Of a stretch of DNA of 40,305 nucleotides, positions 18,051 through 28,764 are shown piece by piece (position 1 is the stretch's first letter; each line of letters begins with the position of its first letter). This DNA comes from a virus (lineage: Duplodnaviria > Heunggongvirae > Uroviricota > Caudoviricetes), in IMG/VR virus record IMGVR_UViG_2721755720_000005; one strand, given 5' to 3'. The position numbers and the translations under genes were made by a program. The notes under the pieces were generated by a model. That model had not been told where the DNA came from and searched no databases. It saw only the letters and a program-made list of their open reading frames with translations.

Positions 18051-19175
18051 ATGAAGACGAAAAACACGCCCAAACTTGCTTATGCCATTCTGAATGCCAT
18101 CAGCCTGTCCGCAGACGGGGACGGTGACTGGTGTCAGATCATGCCAGCCGGTCGGGTAAAGGCCCGTGACGGTCGCCCGGAAAAACCGGCGGAAGGCTGG
18201 CTGATTAACCATGCGGCCGTTGAGCGCATGGTATCTGGGGTCGTGGCACTCAATCAGCCGGTGAAGATTGACTATAACCACCAGTCACTGATTGAGGGGC
18301 ATGCGGCACCGGCTGCCGGTTTTGTCATGGCCTCGCCGGAGAACTTCCGTTTCAGTGAAGAGCGGGGTTTTGAAGTGCGTCCGAAGTGGAACCCTCCGGC
18401 CATTGAACACCTGCGCAATAACGAATTTCCCTGGTTTTCCCCGGTGATTGGTTATGACGAAATCACCGGTGAACCTGTTGAGCTCCGGATGCTGGCTATT
18501 ACCGGTGACCCCGGTCTGACTGGCATGAATCCTGTCGCCGCACTGTCGGCGGATGACCTTTATAACGCCTTAAACCCTCCTTTAAAGGACACCTCCATGA
18601 ATGAGCAATTACGCCAGTTGCTGACGGCGCTCGGTCTGACCGTGGCTGACGGTGACGAATTTACGCCGGAACTGGGCACGGCGGCGCTGTCTGCCCTTAC
18701 CGGGATCAAAACCCGTGCGGATGCGCACGACACCCTGAAAACGCAGGTTGCCAGCCTGTCGGCAGAGCTGGAAACCGCAAAAGGCACACCAACTGGCGGC
18801 ACTATTGATCTGACGAAATATGTGCCCGTTGAGACGTATAACGCCCTGCGTACCGAATATGTCGCGCTGTCGGCACAGCATGGCAGCACCACGCTGGAGC
18901 AGTTGCTGGATAAGGCCGAGTCCGAAGGACGCATTTTCAAAAGCGAACGCGGATACATGGAAGGACTCGGACAACAGATTGGTGTTGCGGCACTTTCTGC
19001 ACAGCTTGACGCCCGCCAGCCGGTTGCGGCTCTGACCACTCTTCAGACCGACACCGTGACCGTGCCGGATAAAAAGACCGCCACCGCTGTGCTGTCGGCT
19101 GAAGATATCGCCGCCGCCCATCTGCTGGGTAAAACCGAAGCCGAGTTCCTGAAAATGAAAGAGGAAATGCAATAA
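18051..19175 (+). CDS. Head maturation protease / scaffold (Mu I-like)
   Basis: 374 aa; immediately precedes the major head subunit gene. Confidence 0.8.
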   Translation: MKTKNTPKLAYAILNAISLSADGDGDWCQIMPAGRVKARDGRPEKPAEGWLINHAAVERMVSGVVALNQPVKIDYNHQSLIEGHAAPAAGFVMASPENFRFSEERGFEVRPKWNPPAIEHLRNNEFPWFSPVIGYDEITGEPVELRMLAITGDPGLTGMNPVAALSADDLYNALNPPLKDTSMNEQLRQLLTALGLTVADGDEFTPELGTAALSALTGIKTRADAHDTLKTQVASLSAELETAKGTPTGGTIDLTKYVPVETYNALRTEYVALSAQHGSTTLEQLLDKAESEGRIFKSERGYMEGLGQQIGVAALSAQLDARQPVAALTTLQTDTVTVPDKKTATAVLSAEDIAAAHLLGKTEAEFLKMKEEMQ

Positions 19176-20122
19176 TGCCTACCCCGATTACACCGGCGAT
19201 GATCACCGCCCTGATGACGGGCTACCGTTCTGATTTTCAGGCCGGGATGTCCATGGCTCCGTCTCAGTACCAGAAAATTGCGATGACCGTACCGTCCACG
19301 TCGAAATCCAACACCTACGGCTGGCTTGGGCAGTTCCCGCAGTTCCGTGAGTGGATCGGCTCCCGCGTCATCGAGAAGATGAAAGCCTATGGCTACGCCA
19401 TCGTGAACAAAACCTTCGAAGGCACCGTCGCCATTAGCCGCGATGACTTCGAAGACGACAATCTTGGCATCTACTCCCCGTTGTTCCAGGAGATGGGGCG
19501 CGCTGCGGCGGCACAACCGGATGAACTGGTCTTTGCTGCACTGCGTGACGGGATTAGTGCGGCCTGCTATGACGGCCAGAACTTCTTTGATACCGAACAC
19601 CCGGTTTACCCCAAAGTGGATGGCTCCGGGGATGCACAGATGGTCAGCAATATGTTTGTGGCAAAAACCGGCTCTGTCGGTGCACAGGCGGATTACAGTG
19701 GCCCGGCCTGGTATCTGCTCGACTGCTCCCGCGCGGTAAAACCGCTGATTTATCAGGATCGCCGTAAGGCCGAACTGGTTGCCCAGACAAAAGTCGATGA
19801 AGGCCGTGCGTTTACTGATAACGAGTTTGTGTTCGGTGCTTCCGCCCGTCGCAATGTGGGCTACGGCTTCTGGCAGATGGCCTACATGATGCAGTCACCG
19901 CTGACGCTGGATGCGCTGTGGCACGGCTGGTCAGCCATGCGTGACTTTAAGGCTGACGGTGGCCGCAAACTCGGCATCAAACCCACCCATATTGTTGTCC
20001 CCACCTCGCTGGAAAAACAGGCGGTGCAGCTGCTGGAGCGCGAGCTGTTCGCGGACGGTAACACCACCGTCTCTAACGAGATGAAGGGCAAGCTGGAGCT
20101 GGTTGTCGCGGATTATCTGTAA
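19175..20122 (+). CDS. Major head subunit (Mu T-like)
   Basis: 315 aa; SD GAGGA; follows protease/scaffold. Confidence 0.85.
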   Translation: MPTPITPAMITALMTGYRSDFQAGMSMAPSQYQKIAMTVPSTSKSNTYGWLGQFPQFREWIGSRVIEKMKAYGYAIVNKTFEGTVAISRDDFEDDNLGIYSPLFQEMGRAAAAQPDELVFAALRDGISAACYDGQNFFDTEHPVYPKVDGSGDAQMVSNMFVAKTGSVGAQADYSGPAWYLLDCSRAVKPLIYQDRRKAELVAQTKVDEGRAFTDNEFVFGASARRNVGYGFWQMAYMMQSPLTLDALWHGWSAMRDFKADGGRKLGIKPTHIVVPTSLEKQAVQLLERELFADGNTTVSNEMKGKLELVVADYL

Positions 20123-20165
20123 ACGGTGAGCCGGGCTTACGGCCCGGCCCCTGCGGAGGGCAAAT

Positions 20166-20519
20166 ATGAATGAACATCACACTGTGGCAGCAACAGATGA
20201 TTCAGGTCTTCGGGTCAGTGGTGACAATCCTGTCACGGTACTGGCAGAAGTGCGTTGCAGTCGTACGCAGTTTCGTCGTGCGGGGTTCCTGTTCATGCGG
20301 GGACGCCAGCAGGTTGACGTCACCCCGGAGCAGCTTGCCCGACTGGAAGCGGAGCCATGCCTCACTGTACGAATACTACAGACGCCTGGTGATGATGCGG
20401 GAGCCGTGGCGGGTGTGGTTCATGCAGAGACCGGTGCAGATTTAGCCGAAGCCGGACAGGATGCTCCCCGGAAAAAGACCGGCAATAAAGCCAGACAGGC
20501 GAAAAAGGCTCGCGCATGA
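20166..20519 (+). CDS. Hypothetical head-associated protein
   Basis: 117 aa; strong SD GGAGGG; lysine-rich C-terminus. Confidence 0.55.
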   Translation: MNEHHTVAATDDSGLRVSGDNPVTVLAEVRCSRTQFRRAGFLFMRGRQQVDVTPEQLARLEAEPCLTVRILQTPGDDAGAVAGVVHAETGADLAEAGQDAPRKKTGNKARQAKKARA

Positions 20520-20935
20520 ATTACGCCACCGAAACCGATATGCGGGCACGTTACCGCGAGGATTTGCTCAGGCCATTACTGGCCGTGCCCCGTTCGGATG
20601 AACCGGACACGCGCAAGCTGAACCGGGCACTGACGGACGCGTCTGCCCTTATCGACAGTTACCTGTCTGCCCGTTACACGCTGCCGCTGGCGGTGGTTCC
20701 GGCGGTCCTTGTTCAGCATTGCTGCACGATTGCCTTTTATTACCTGTGCGATCAGCGGGCATCCGATCAGGCGCGTGACCGTTACCGTGAGGCGCTGGCC
20801 TGGCTGAAAGACGTCATGAACGGCAACGTGCCGGTCGGCGTGGATACCGACGGCGAAGCACCTGAATCCGGGGATTTACCGCAGGTGCAGTCTGATGCGG
20901 CGGTGTTCGGGCGCAACCAGAAGGGCTTTATATGA
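20516..20935 (+). CDS. Mu gp36-like head-tail connector protein
   Basis: 139 aa; position and size. Confidence 0.65.
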   Translation: MNYATETDMRARYREDLLRPLLAVPRSDEPDTRKLNRALTDASALIDSYLSARYTLPLAVVPAVLVQHCCTIAFYYLCDQRASDQARDRYREALAWLKDVMNGNVPVGVDTDGEAPESGDLPQVQSDAAVFGRNQKGFI

Positions 20936-21495
20936 TTACGGAAACCGAACAGGCATACATCGCCCGCATCCGTAAGTATTTCGGGAATGAACTGGTGTCT
21001 GTTGACACTCATCCCGGCGACTGGAGCGACAGCGTGCTGCGCACCATGCTGATTAACGCCCCGGCGATCTATGTTGCCTGGCTGGGTGCCGGTGAAGGGC
21101 GTACCCGTGGGCGTCTGGTCAGTCACTGGGTGTTCTACGTCATCGGCGACATGCTCAATGGCCGTGAGGTCAGCCGTCCGGGACTTTATCAGATTGTGGC
21201 CCGCCTGATTGCCGTACTGAACGGCTTCAGAACCGAAAAAACCTCACCGCTTTACTTTGAAAAGGCGGTTAACGGTTACACCGAAACGCAGGCAGACAGC
21301 GGAGCCGTGATGTACGCCCTTTATTTCTCATGCGAGGAAATGATCGACCCGCTGACGGATATCAGCTCGCTGGATGATTTCCTGCGCCATTACGAAACCT
21401 TTACCGAACCGGAAGGCACGCCGGAATTTAAGGCACACATCCGTCTGCCTGGTGCAACTGCCGCCGGTGAAAACGCCGGACTGTCAGAGGAATAA
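20932..21495 (+). CDS. Mu gp37-like head-tail joining protein
   Basis: 187 aa; position and size. Confidence 0.65.
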   Translation: MITETEQAYIARIRKYFGNELVSVDTHPGDWSDSVLRTMLINAPAIYVAWLGAGEGRTRGRLVSHWVFYVIGDMLNGREVSRPGLYQIVARLIAVLNGFRTEKTSPLYFEKAVNGYTETQADSGAVMYALYFSCEEMIDPLTDISSLDDFLRHYETFTEPEGTPEFKAHIRLPGATAAGENAGLSEE

Positions 21496-21498
21496 CAG

Positions 21499-21777
21499 AT
21501 GACAACCATTTTTATTAAACCTGCGCCGGGATGCCTGATTCGCGATCCCGACACGATGACTCCGCTCTCTCAGGACGGGGAAGAGAAACCCTTCACCCCG
21601 TTCTGGTGCCGCCGTCTTAATGATGGTGACGTCATTGTGGTGGATAAAACGGCGGAGCCTGCCCCGGCTGCCACAACAGGTAATACCGGCGAGGCTGCAA
21701 AACCAGCGGGAGCGGCAGCAGAAAAACCTGCGGCGGCGGCTGAAAAACCCGCAGCATCAGATAAGGGGACGTCCTGA
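21499..21777 (+). CDS. Mu gp38-like small protein with Ala/Pro/Lys-rich tail
   Basis: 92 aa; immediately precedes the sheath gene. Confidence 0.6.
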   Translation: MTTIFIKPAPGCLIRDPDTMTPLSQDGEEKPFTPFWCRRLNDGDVIVVDKTAEPAPAATTGNTGEAAKPAGAAAEKPAAAAEKPAASDKGTS

Positions 21778-23258
21778 TGATTAACTTTGATTTTATCGGC
21801 GATAACAATCGCATCCCGCTGGTACAGATTGAAATCAATAACTCAATGGCCGTGACCGGCACGCCGCCACAGCGTCAGGCGGTGCTGTTATTTGGTCAGC
21901 GAAACCGTAATGCGTTTGGTGTTGTTGATTCTCCTGTCCGTATCACCCGCGCGTCTCAGGCAACAGAACTCTGGGGGCGTGGCTCCATGATTGCTCAGAT
22001 GGTGGCAGCGTTTATTGCCATTAACCCTGATACGGAGCTGTACGGCATTGCACAGGGGGAAGGCACCGGCACGGCCACACCCGGCACCATCACACTTTCC
22101 GGTACAGCAACGGAAGACAATGTGCTGAATCTCTATATCGCCGGACGTCCTTACCGTCTGGCCGTCAGCAAGGGCAAACCGGGTAATCTTCTGGCGGATG
22201 CGCTTGCCGCGATGATTAACGCAGACCAGGACTGTCCGGTCAGTGCCACGACCAGCGTCCCCCCGGATAATCAGGATCAAACAAAAAAAGTGATCACCCT
22301 GACGGCAAAATTTACCGGCGAATGCTCCGTGCATGATATCCGGCTGAATTATTATTCCGGTGAAGTGACACCCGCCGGGATTGTTGTTTCCACTGCCGGA
22401 GGCACCGCGCCGAAAAACCCGGATATTACCAACAGCATCGCTGCCATGGGGACGCGCCAGTATAACTATATTGTGATGCCCTATAAGGATGCGGCGAATC
22501 TCAAAATTCTGGCGGATGAACTGCTGAAACGCTGGGGACCGGTAAAAATGTCAGACGGTATGGTCTGGATGGCGCATACCGGCACCTTCGGCACGGCAAC
22601 CAGTTTTGGTGAGTCCCGTAATGATTTCCTGTTTACCTGTACCTCCATTCCGAAGGCACCGGAGCCGGATTATGTCTGGGCAGCTTCCATTTGTGCAGTC
22701 TGTGCGCCGTCACTGTCTGCCGATCCTGCCCGCCCACTTCAGACGCTGGCGTTGCCTGCACGACTGGCACCGGCAGAATCAGATCGCCTGACACGGGAAG
22801 AGCGAAACAGCCTGCTTTATACCGGCATGTCCACGGTGACCGTCGCGGCCGCTGATGTGGTGCAGATTGAACGTCAGGTGACGATGTACCGTCAGAATGC
22901 ATACGGCGAAAGCGATCCCAGCTATCTGGATGTGGAAACCATCTACACCCTGTCATATCTGCGTTATTCCCTGCGCACCTTTATCACGCAGCGTTTCCCG
23001 CGCCACAAACTGGCCGATAACGGTACTCCCGTCCGGCCCGGTCAGAATATCGTGACGCCGGAGATCATGACGCTCCAGTTGATTGCGCTGGGGGAAGAAT
23101 GGGTGGATCTGGGACTGGTCGAAAATCTGGACACCTTTAAAAAGAATCTGCTCGTGGAGCGCAACACAAAAGACCGTAACCGTCTGGATGTGATGTGTAC
23201 ACCGGATCTGGTTAACCAGTTCCGCTTCATGGCCGCGCAGATCCGTTTCATTTTGTGA
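21777..23258 (+). CDS. Contractile tail sheath protein (Mu L-like)
   Basis: 493 aa; followed by the tube gene. Confidence 0.9.
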   Translation: MINFDFIGDNNRIPLVQIEINNSMAVTGTPPQRQAVLLFGQRNRNAFGVVDSPVRITRASQATELWGRGSMIAQMVAAFIAINPDTELYGIAQGEGTGTATPGTITLSGTATEDNVLNLYIAGRPYRLAVSKGKPGNLLADALAAMINADQDCPVSATTSVPPDNQDQTKKVITLTAKFTGECSVHDIRLNYYSGEVTPAGIVVSTAGGTAPKNPDITNSIAAMGTRQYNYIVMPYKDAANLKILADELLKRWGPVKMSDGMVWMAHTGTFGTATSFGESRNDFLFTCTSIPKAPEPDYVWAASICAVCAPSLSADPARPLQTLALPARLAPAESDRLTREERNSLLYTGMSTVTVAAADVVQIERQVTMYRQNAYGESDPSYLDVETIYTLSYLRYSLRTFITQRFPRHKLADNGTPVRPGQNIVTPEIMTLQLIALGEEWVDLGLVENLDTFKKNLLVERNTKDRNRLDVMCTPDLVNQFRFMAAQIRFIL

Positions 23259-23266
23259 GGTAAGGC

Positions 23267-23632
23267 ATGAGCGGAAAACAGTATCAGGGCACGGCCACCA
23301 TCCGTGTGAACGGACAGGAGTACGCCACCCTTGAGGGAGCCACGTTCTCCCCGTCCGGCTTTGAGCGTGAAGTGGTGAAAGGCGCGAAAGTCTATGGCTA
23401 TCGTGAGAAACCCCGTGAGGCGACGCTGGACTGTAAATTTCCGGCTGGCGGAGAAGGTTCACCGGCTGCCGATGAAATCAACACCTGGACTGCGGTCACG
23501 ATTGAGTTCGTGGCCGATACCGGTGAAGTCCACATGATGACGAAGGCCTGGAGCAGTGAACCGGCCTCGCTTGACGGTGGCGGTGATATCTCCGCGAAGT
23601 TCGCCAGCGCCACCAGTACCCGTGTCCAGTAA
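23267..23632 (+). CDS. Tail tube protein (Mu M-like)
   Basis: 121 aa; position between sheath and chaperone/tape measure. Confidence 0.85.
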   Translation: MSGKQYQGTATIRVNGQEYATLEGATFSPSGFEREVVKGAKVYGYREKPREATLDCKFPAGGEGSPAADEINTWTAVTIEFVADTGEVHMMTKAWSSEPASLDGGGDISAKFASATSTRVQ

Positions 23633-23646
23633 TCAGGAAAAATGCA

Positions 23647-24123
23647 ATGACCACACGTAAGAAAAAAACGGCGGTTTCTGACGAGGCCGTGATGGAGGCT
23701 ATCCGGGATGCACTTGAGGACGGCGATCCCCGCACCGCCGGGCTGGCTGAACAGCTGGCGAACGGCTATGTGGATCTGCTCGACGGCCTGCCGTTCGGTG
23801 AATCCCGTGAATACCGCGTCACCTTCCGCGAACTGACGGCGAAAGACAGCATTGATGCGGAGAGCGAGGCCGAGCGTCTTATGGAAACCCGAAACGGTCC
23901 GGTTCTGGTGGCCTCACCGGCACTGCGCGGCATTGCGCTGCTGCGCCGTCAGATTTCCGCTGTCGGTCAGATTGAGGGGCCATTGTCTCCGCGTCAGATT
24001 GGACAACTCAGCGAGCGCGATCTCTCCCGTCTGATGGCGGCGGTAAGCCTGCTTGATTCCGCGATGGCAGGAAAGCTGGTCGCTGAACGGGGGCGACCAG
24101 ATGCAGTGCCGGGATCAGATTGA
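23647..24123 (+). CDS. Tail assembly chaperone
   Basis: 158 aa; conserved position between tube and tape measure; overlapped by a second ORF (24053-24247) in another frame. Confidence 0.7.
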   Translation: MTTRKKKTAVSDEAVMEAIRDALEDGDPRTAGLAEQLANGYVDLLDGLPFGESREYRVTFRELTAKDSIDAESEAERLMETRNGPVLVASPALRGIALLRRQISAVGQIEGPLSPRQIGQLSERDLSRLMAAVSLLDSAMAGKLVAERGRPDAVPGSD

Positions 24124-24250
24124 AGAAGCCGCAATTGTGCTGGGGATGGTGACAAAAAGCGGCCCGGAGTGGGCGCTTAACCTCCCCTTATCACAGCTTT
24201 ACCGGCACTGCCGACAGACCGAAAAAATTCTCAGAACGAAGCAGTAACCC

Positions 24251-26308
24251 ATGGCAAAAAACCTGAAAGCCTCTCTGATTGTCGATTTACTCGGCAATAT
24301 TTCCGCCAAATCCCGCCAGTGGTCACAGGAGCTGGGGGCGTTCTCCCGTTCCGGCAGGACAGGCCTGGGTGGTCTTGGAAATGCAGCCCGCCGGGCCGGT
24401 CAGGAAACAGAACTTGTCGGCTCCCGTATGCAGCGAACGCTTGCCGGTGTTCGTGGCAGCATCCGCACGGTAACGTCAGATTTTGACCGCCTGCAGGGCA
24501 GCATTACCGGCACCATCGGGCGGATAAGCAACCTTTACGGGATGCTGGCGGGAGGGGCTGCGGTCTACGGTTTTAATAAAGCCTTTATCCGCCCGGCCGC
24601 AGAGATGGAGAACTATATTCTGCGTCTCAACGCCATTAATCATGGCGATACGGCAAAAACGGAAGCAGTGAAAGCCTGGGCAGTACAGAACGCCAAAGAC
24701 ACCACCTGGGGGCTGGCGGGGGTTATGCAGGAATACGCCTCCAGTCGCGGGTTTGGCATGAGTGACAGGGAAGCCCGTCGCTTTATTACCATGCTTCAGG
24801 ATCAGGGCGGCTATCACGGTTGGTCACTGTCAGATGCACAGGGTGCGTCCCTGCAACTCAAACAGATGTTTGCCCGCCAGAGTATCCAGGCAGCGGACGC
24901 CAATATTCTGACCGGATACGGGATTAACGTTTACCAGTTACTGGCCGATAAGCTGGGCGTAAACCAGAAGATCATCCGTGAGAAAGGCGAAAAAGGAAAA
25001 CTGGGGCCGGACAGCATTCGCCTGTTATTTCAGGCGATGGCCGAACAGGCAAAAGGTGCCCAGAAAAACGCCATGAATTCCTGGACGGGAATGACGTCCA
25101 TGATGGGCGACGTCTGGGATCAGTTTGCCCGTGAAGTGATGGCAAAGGGACCGTTTGACAGCCTGAAAAAGAGCCTGAAAGGCTTTCTGGATTATGCTGA
25201 TGCAGCACAGAAAAGCGGCTTACAGGATAAGCTGGCCACACAGACGGCCTCAGCCCTGAATCAGGGATTCGAGTATGCCAGAGACGCTGCAACCGGCTTT
25301 TACCGGGCCATTCAGAAAGTCAGGGAAACGCTTCAGGCACTGCGCGACGCCGGTTATGGCGATGCTCTGGATCGCATTGGTCAGGGTGCGCAGACCGCCG
25401 CGAAGTACCTGATGTATATGTATCTCGCCTCCCGTGCGCTGAAGGTGCTCAGGTTTGCGGGGATGGGTGCATTACGTCTCGGTGCAACTCCCTTACGCTA
25501 TGGTATGGCGATGACCTCCGTGCTGACGTCGCCCTTCCGCAAACCGCAGACCACTGTGCCGGGAACGCAGCCCGGACGCGCTGGCCGCTTCCTGAATTTC
25601 CTTACCGGGGTGAATCCGGCAGCCGTTCAGCCCGTGCTGGTCACCAACTGGCCTGCTGGGGGGCTGGCATCAGCTGGCGGGGATGTGGTGGTCAGCGGTG
25701 ACGGCAAAACCGTACGCGGCCGTAAAAAACGCGGCCCCGGACGCGGGCGGGGTGTCACGACCGTCGTGACCGCCGGTGAGCAGCTGGCGGAGAGCGCCGG
25801 TAAACAGGGCTTCTTCGGTCGTATGATGAGCCGTGCCGGTGGTCTGCTAACGGCGGCCGGAAACCGCATGGGGCTGGGGCGTTTTGCCGGGCTGTTCCGT
25901 GGTGCCGGTCGGCTGGGTGGTGGTGCCCTGTGGGCCGGTGCCATGGCGGCTCCTGTACTGCTGGACAGCAGCGCCAGCGCAGCCGATAAAGCCGGTGCCG
26001 TGGGTTCCCTTGCCGGAAGTATCGCCGGTGGCGCGCTGGGGGCTGCTGCCGGTCCGGTCGGGGTTGCCATTGGTTCCACGGTGGGCAGCTATCTCGGTGA
26101 TTATCTGGGGGGCTGGCTGACGCAGGCCTGGCAGAAACTGCGTGGCAGCAGTGACGAAAACGGCGGACAGGCCACCGCGAAAACCGCCGCACGGGTGGAG
26201 CTTGTGGCCCCTGAAGGCTGGCGGGCACGCAGTATTGATGTGGATGATACCGCACAGCATGGTCTTGATGTGAACGTCTGGAACGGAGGGAACTATGGCC
26301 TCTACTGA
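24251..26308 (+). CDS. Tail tape measure protein
   Basis: 685 aa; Gly/Ala-rich C-terminal segment; position. Confidence 0.9.
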   Translation: MAKNLKASLIVDLLGNISAKSRQWSQELGAFSRSGRTGLGGLGNAARRAGQETELVGSRMQRTLAGVRGSIRTVTSDFDRLQGSITGTIGRISNLYGMLAGGAAVYGFNKAFIRPAAEMENYILRLNAINHGDTAKTEAVKAWAVQNAKDTTWGLAGVMQEYASSRGFGMSDREARRFITMLQDQGGYHGWSLSDAQGASLQLKQMFARQSIQAADANILTGYGINVYQLLADKLGVNQKIIREKGEKGKLGPDSIRLLFQAMAEQAKGAQKNAMNSWTGMTSMMGDVWDQFAREVMAKGPFDSLKKSLKGFLDYADAAQKSGLQDKLATQTASALNQGFEYARDAATGFYRAIQKVRETLQALRDAGYGDALDRIGQGAQTAAKYLMYMYLASRALKVLRFAGMGALRLGATPLRYGMAMTSVLTSPFRKPQTTVPGTQPGRAGRFLNFLTGVNPAAVQPVLVTNWPAGGLASAGGDVVVSGDGKTVRGRKKRGPGRGRGVTTVVTAGEQLAESAGKQGFFGRMMSRAGGLLTAAGNRMGLGRFAGLFRGAGRLGGGALWAGAMAAPVLLDSSASAADKAGAVGSLAGSIAGGALGAAAGPVGVAIGSTVGSYLGDYLGGWLTQAWQKLRGSSDENGGQATAKTAARVELVAPEGWRARSIDVDDTAQHGLDVNVWNGGNYGLY

Positions 26309-27653
26309 CACGCCGGGGCGTGGCTCCTTCCGTGGTGTGCCGTTCCTGGTTTATCAGGAGCAGCGGGAACGGGGCGGACGTAACATTGTGCGCCGTGAAT
26401 ACCCACTGCGTGAAAGCGGCGGTGCGGATGATCTGGGGCCAAAACTCCCGGAGTTCACATTCACGGTTCTGGTGACCGGAGACGATCTTCAGACACAGCG
26501 AAGCCGCCTGCGTGATGCGCTGCGTGCACCCGGTGCCGGTGAACTGATGCACCCGGATTACGGCACGTTAAACGTGCTGATAAACAGCTTTGAAAGCCGT
26601 TATAACGCCAGCGAGCAGGGAACGGTTGAGTTCACGATCAACGTGATCCCCGCCAGTGACGATACCGCCCCTTCGGTGGCAGAAGATACGGCAGCTGCGC
26701 TGGAGCAGAAAAGCGGCTCAGCAATGAATCAGCTGTTTAACACGCTTTCAGACGGCTGGACGGTGATTTCAGACGGTCTGCATGATGTACAGGCGATGAC
26801 CGACACCATCAGCGATAAGATTAATGCACTGGAGAATGCCGTTTCGGGGATGGGGATTGTGCAGGATATCAGTGCCTTTACGGCCAGTTTTACTGCCCTG
26901 AAAGGCAATGCCGCCGCCCTGATTAATGCGCCCCGTCGCATGGCTGAATCGCTGGCCGGAATGTTTGCCGTGCTGACCGGGCTGCCCGGCGATCCTTCCC
27001 TGTCTCTGACCGGAAAAGCCGGAACGCCGTCCGGCAGCCTGACCACAAACCGTGACAGCATGGCAGAGCAGGCCATGCCGCAGCTGTACCGTACACTTTC
27101 CTCCCTGCGTTACACCCTCAGCGAACAGGATGATCCACAGCGCCTGATTGGCCTGACGCCTGCGGCACAGAAAAATATCCGTCTGCTGCGGAGCGTGATG
27201 CAGAGTGCAGCCCTGGTGTCGCAGGCACAGACGGTCGGAAAACTGCTGGATCAGGTCATCCGGCAGAATACGACGCACGTTCAGGATACTGACCGTTCGG
27301 GCGGACTGGCATGGCTGGAAAGTTCTGCTGATGTGCAGCGTATCAACCGGGATTTGAGCGATGCCATGGAACAACAGGTGCTGGATCTGTCCGCACAGGG
27401 CTATACCGGGACTGCCCTTGCATTACGTGATGCAGGGCTTGCGCTGACAGAAGATTTAACCACACGGAGCGTGCATCTTCCCGGTGCTTTTCAGGTCATG
27501 GTTCGCACCACCGAACCGGCACTGGTCACGCTGTACCGTGCCACCGGCAACAGCAGTCGCTGGCAGTATTTTGTCCGCAGAAACAATATCTCCGATCCGG
27601 TTTTTGTTCCGGGAGGCCGCAGCGTGGAGGTGATCAGTGAGCAGCAGGATTGA
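26295..27653 (+). CDS. DNA circularisation protein (Mu N-like)
   Basis: 452 aa; SD GGAGGG; follows tape measure. Confidence 0.85.
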   Translation: MASTDTPGRGSFRGVPFLVYQEQRERGGRNIVRREYPLRESGGADDLGPKLPEFTFTVLVTGDDLQTQRSRLRDALRAPGAGELMHPDYGTLNVLINSFESRYNASEQGTVEFTINVIPASDDTAPSVAEDTAAALEQKSGSAMNQLFNTLSDGWTVISDGLHDVQAMTDTISDKINALENAVSGMGIVQDISAFTASFTALKGNAAALINAPRRMAESLAGMFAVLTGLPGDPSLSLTGKAGTPSGSLTTNRDSMAEQAMPQLYRTLSSLRYTLSEQDDPQRLIGLTPAAQKNIRLLRSVMQSAALVSQAQTVGKLLDQVIRQNTTHVQDTDRSGGLAWLESSADVQRINRDLSDAMEQQVLDLSAQGYTGTALALRDAGLALTEDLTTRSVHLPGAFQVMVRTTEPALVTLYRATGNSSRWQYFVRRNNISDPVFVPGGRSVEVISEQQD

Positions 27654-28764
27654 ACTGTATATCGGTGGCAGTATTTTTTCCGGCTGGCTGACGGTCAGCG
27701 TCCGTCGCTCGCTGGAGCATCTGGCCGGGTCGTTTGAACTGGGGCTGATGCTGCCCGGTGAGCGCATCCCCTCAGCCCTGCGGACCGGTCAGTCCCTGAC
27801 GCTCAGAATTAACGGGCAGACGGTCATCAGTGGCTGGCTGGATCAGGTCAGTCAGCGGATCAGTGCAACCCGTCATCAGATCAGCATCAGCGGTCGGGAT
27901 AAAACCGGCGACCTGGTGGACTGTGCCGCCATCCATCCCGGCAGCCAGTGGCGCAACCGGACGCTGGCACAGATTGCCGCAGATTTATGTACGCCCTTCG
28001 GGATAGCTGTGCGCTGGCAGGTTAACGACGACACGGCTGCACGCCCTTTCAGCTCTTTTACGCTGGAAAACTCAGAAACCGTGGCGGATGCACTGACCCG
28101 TGCGGCACGGCATCGCGGGGTGCTGGTGACCAGTAATGCTGACGGCGATCTGGTGTTCACCCAGGCAGGAAGCCAGCAGACGGACAGACTGGTGCTGGGA
28201 GATAACCTGCTTGATGCCGATTACAACACGGACTGGCGAGGACGATACAGCGAATACCGTGTCCGGGGACACGGGCGCGGTGGTGGCAAACGGGGAGACA
28301 GCGAATCCGCCGCCAGGCTGGCAGCACCTGTGGGCGTCATCAGTGATGAGCAGATCGGCCGCTACCGGCCGAAAATCATCCTCGCCGATCAACAGACAGA
28401 CACCACCGGTGCACGGCAGCGTGCCCTGCGTGAAATGCGCCGTGCGATTGCCCGTTCAGAACGGTTTTCTGCCACCGTGCGTGGCTGGTTCCGGGATGAT
28501 GGCCGGTTATGGGATGTCAATCTGCTGACCGGTGTTTCAGCCCTGCGTTTCGGTATCGAACAGACTGAACTGCTGGTCTGTCAGGTGGAGTTTTTACTGG
28601 ATGAACAGAACGGGGAAGTCACCCGGCTGGTTCTGGCACCGCGTGACGGCTTTATCGTTCCGGCAGAGCCGGACAGCAAAGGCCGTGGCGGTGGTTCCGG
28701 TGATGATGTTGATGCCTTTATTCGCCAGCAGATGAAAAAACAGGGGATCAGCTTTGATGAATGA
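27637..28764 (+). CDS. Tail/baseplate protein (Mu P-like)
   Basis: 375 aa; GTG start with GGAGGTGA upstream. Confidence 0.85.
   Translation: MSSRIELYIGGSIFSGWLTVSVRRSLEHLAGSFELGLMLPGERIPSALRTGQSLTLRINGQTVISGWLDQVSQRISATRHQISISGRDKTGDLVDCAAIHPGSQWRNRTLAQIAADLCTPFGIAVRWQVNDDTAARPFSSFTLENSETVADALTRAARHRGVLVTSNADGDLVFTQAGSQQTDRLVLGDNLLDADYNTDWRGRYSEYRVRGHGRGGGKRGDSESAARLAAPVGVISDEQIGRYRPKIILADQQTDTTGARQRALREMRRAIARSERFSATVRGWFRDDGRLWDVNLLTGVSALRFGIEQTELLVCQVEFLLDEQNGEVTRLVLAPRDGFIVPAEPDSKGRGGGSGDDVDAFIRQQMKKQGISFDE

Noticed and set aside
25755-26552. Long minus-strand ORFs (265, 154 and 150 aa) inside the tape measure gene
   Set aside because: They lie antisense within a well-supported + strand gene in a GC-rich Gly/Ala-coding region, give Arg/Pro-rich low-complexity translations and have no ribosome-binding site; antisense frame artefacts
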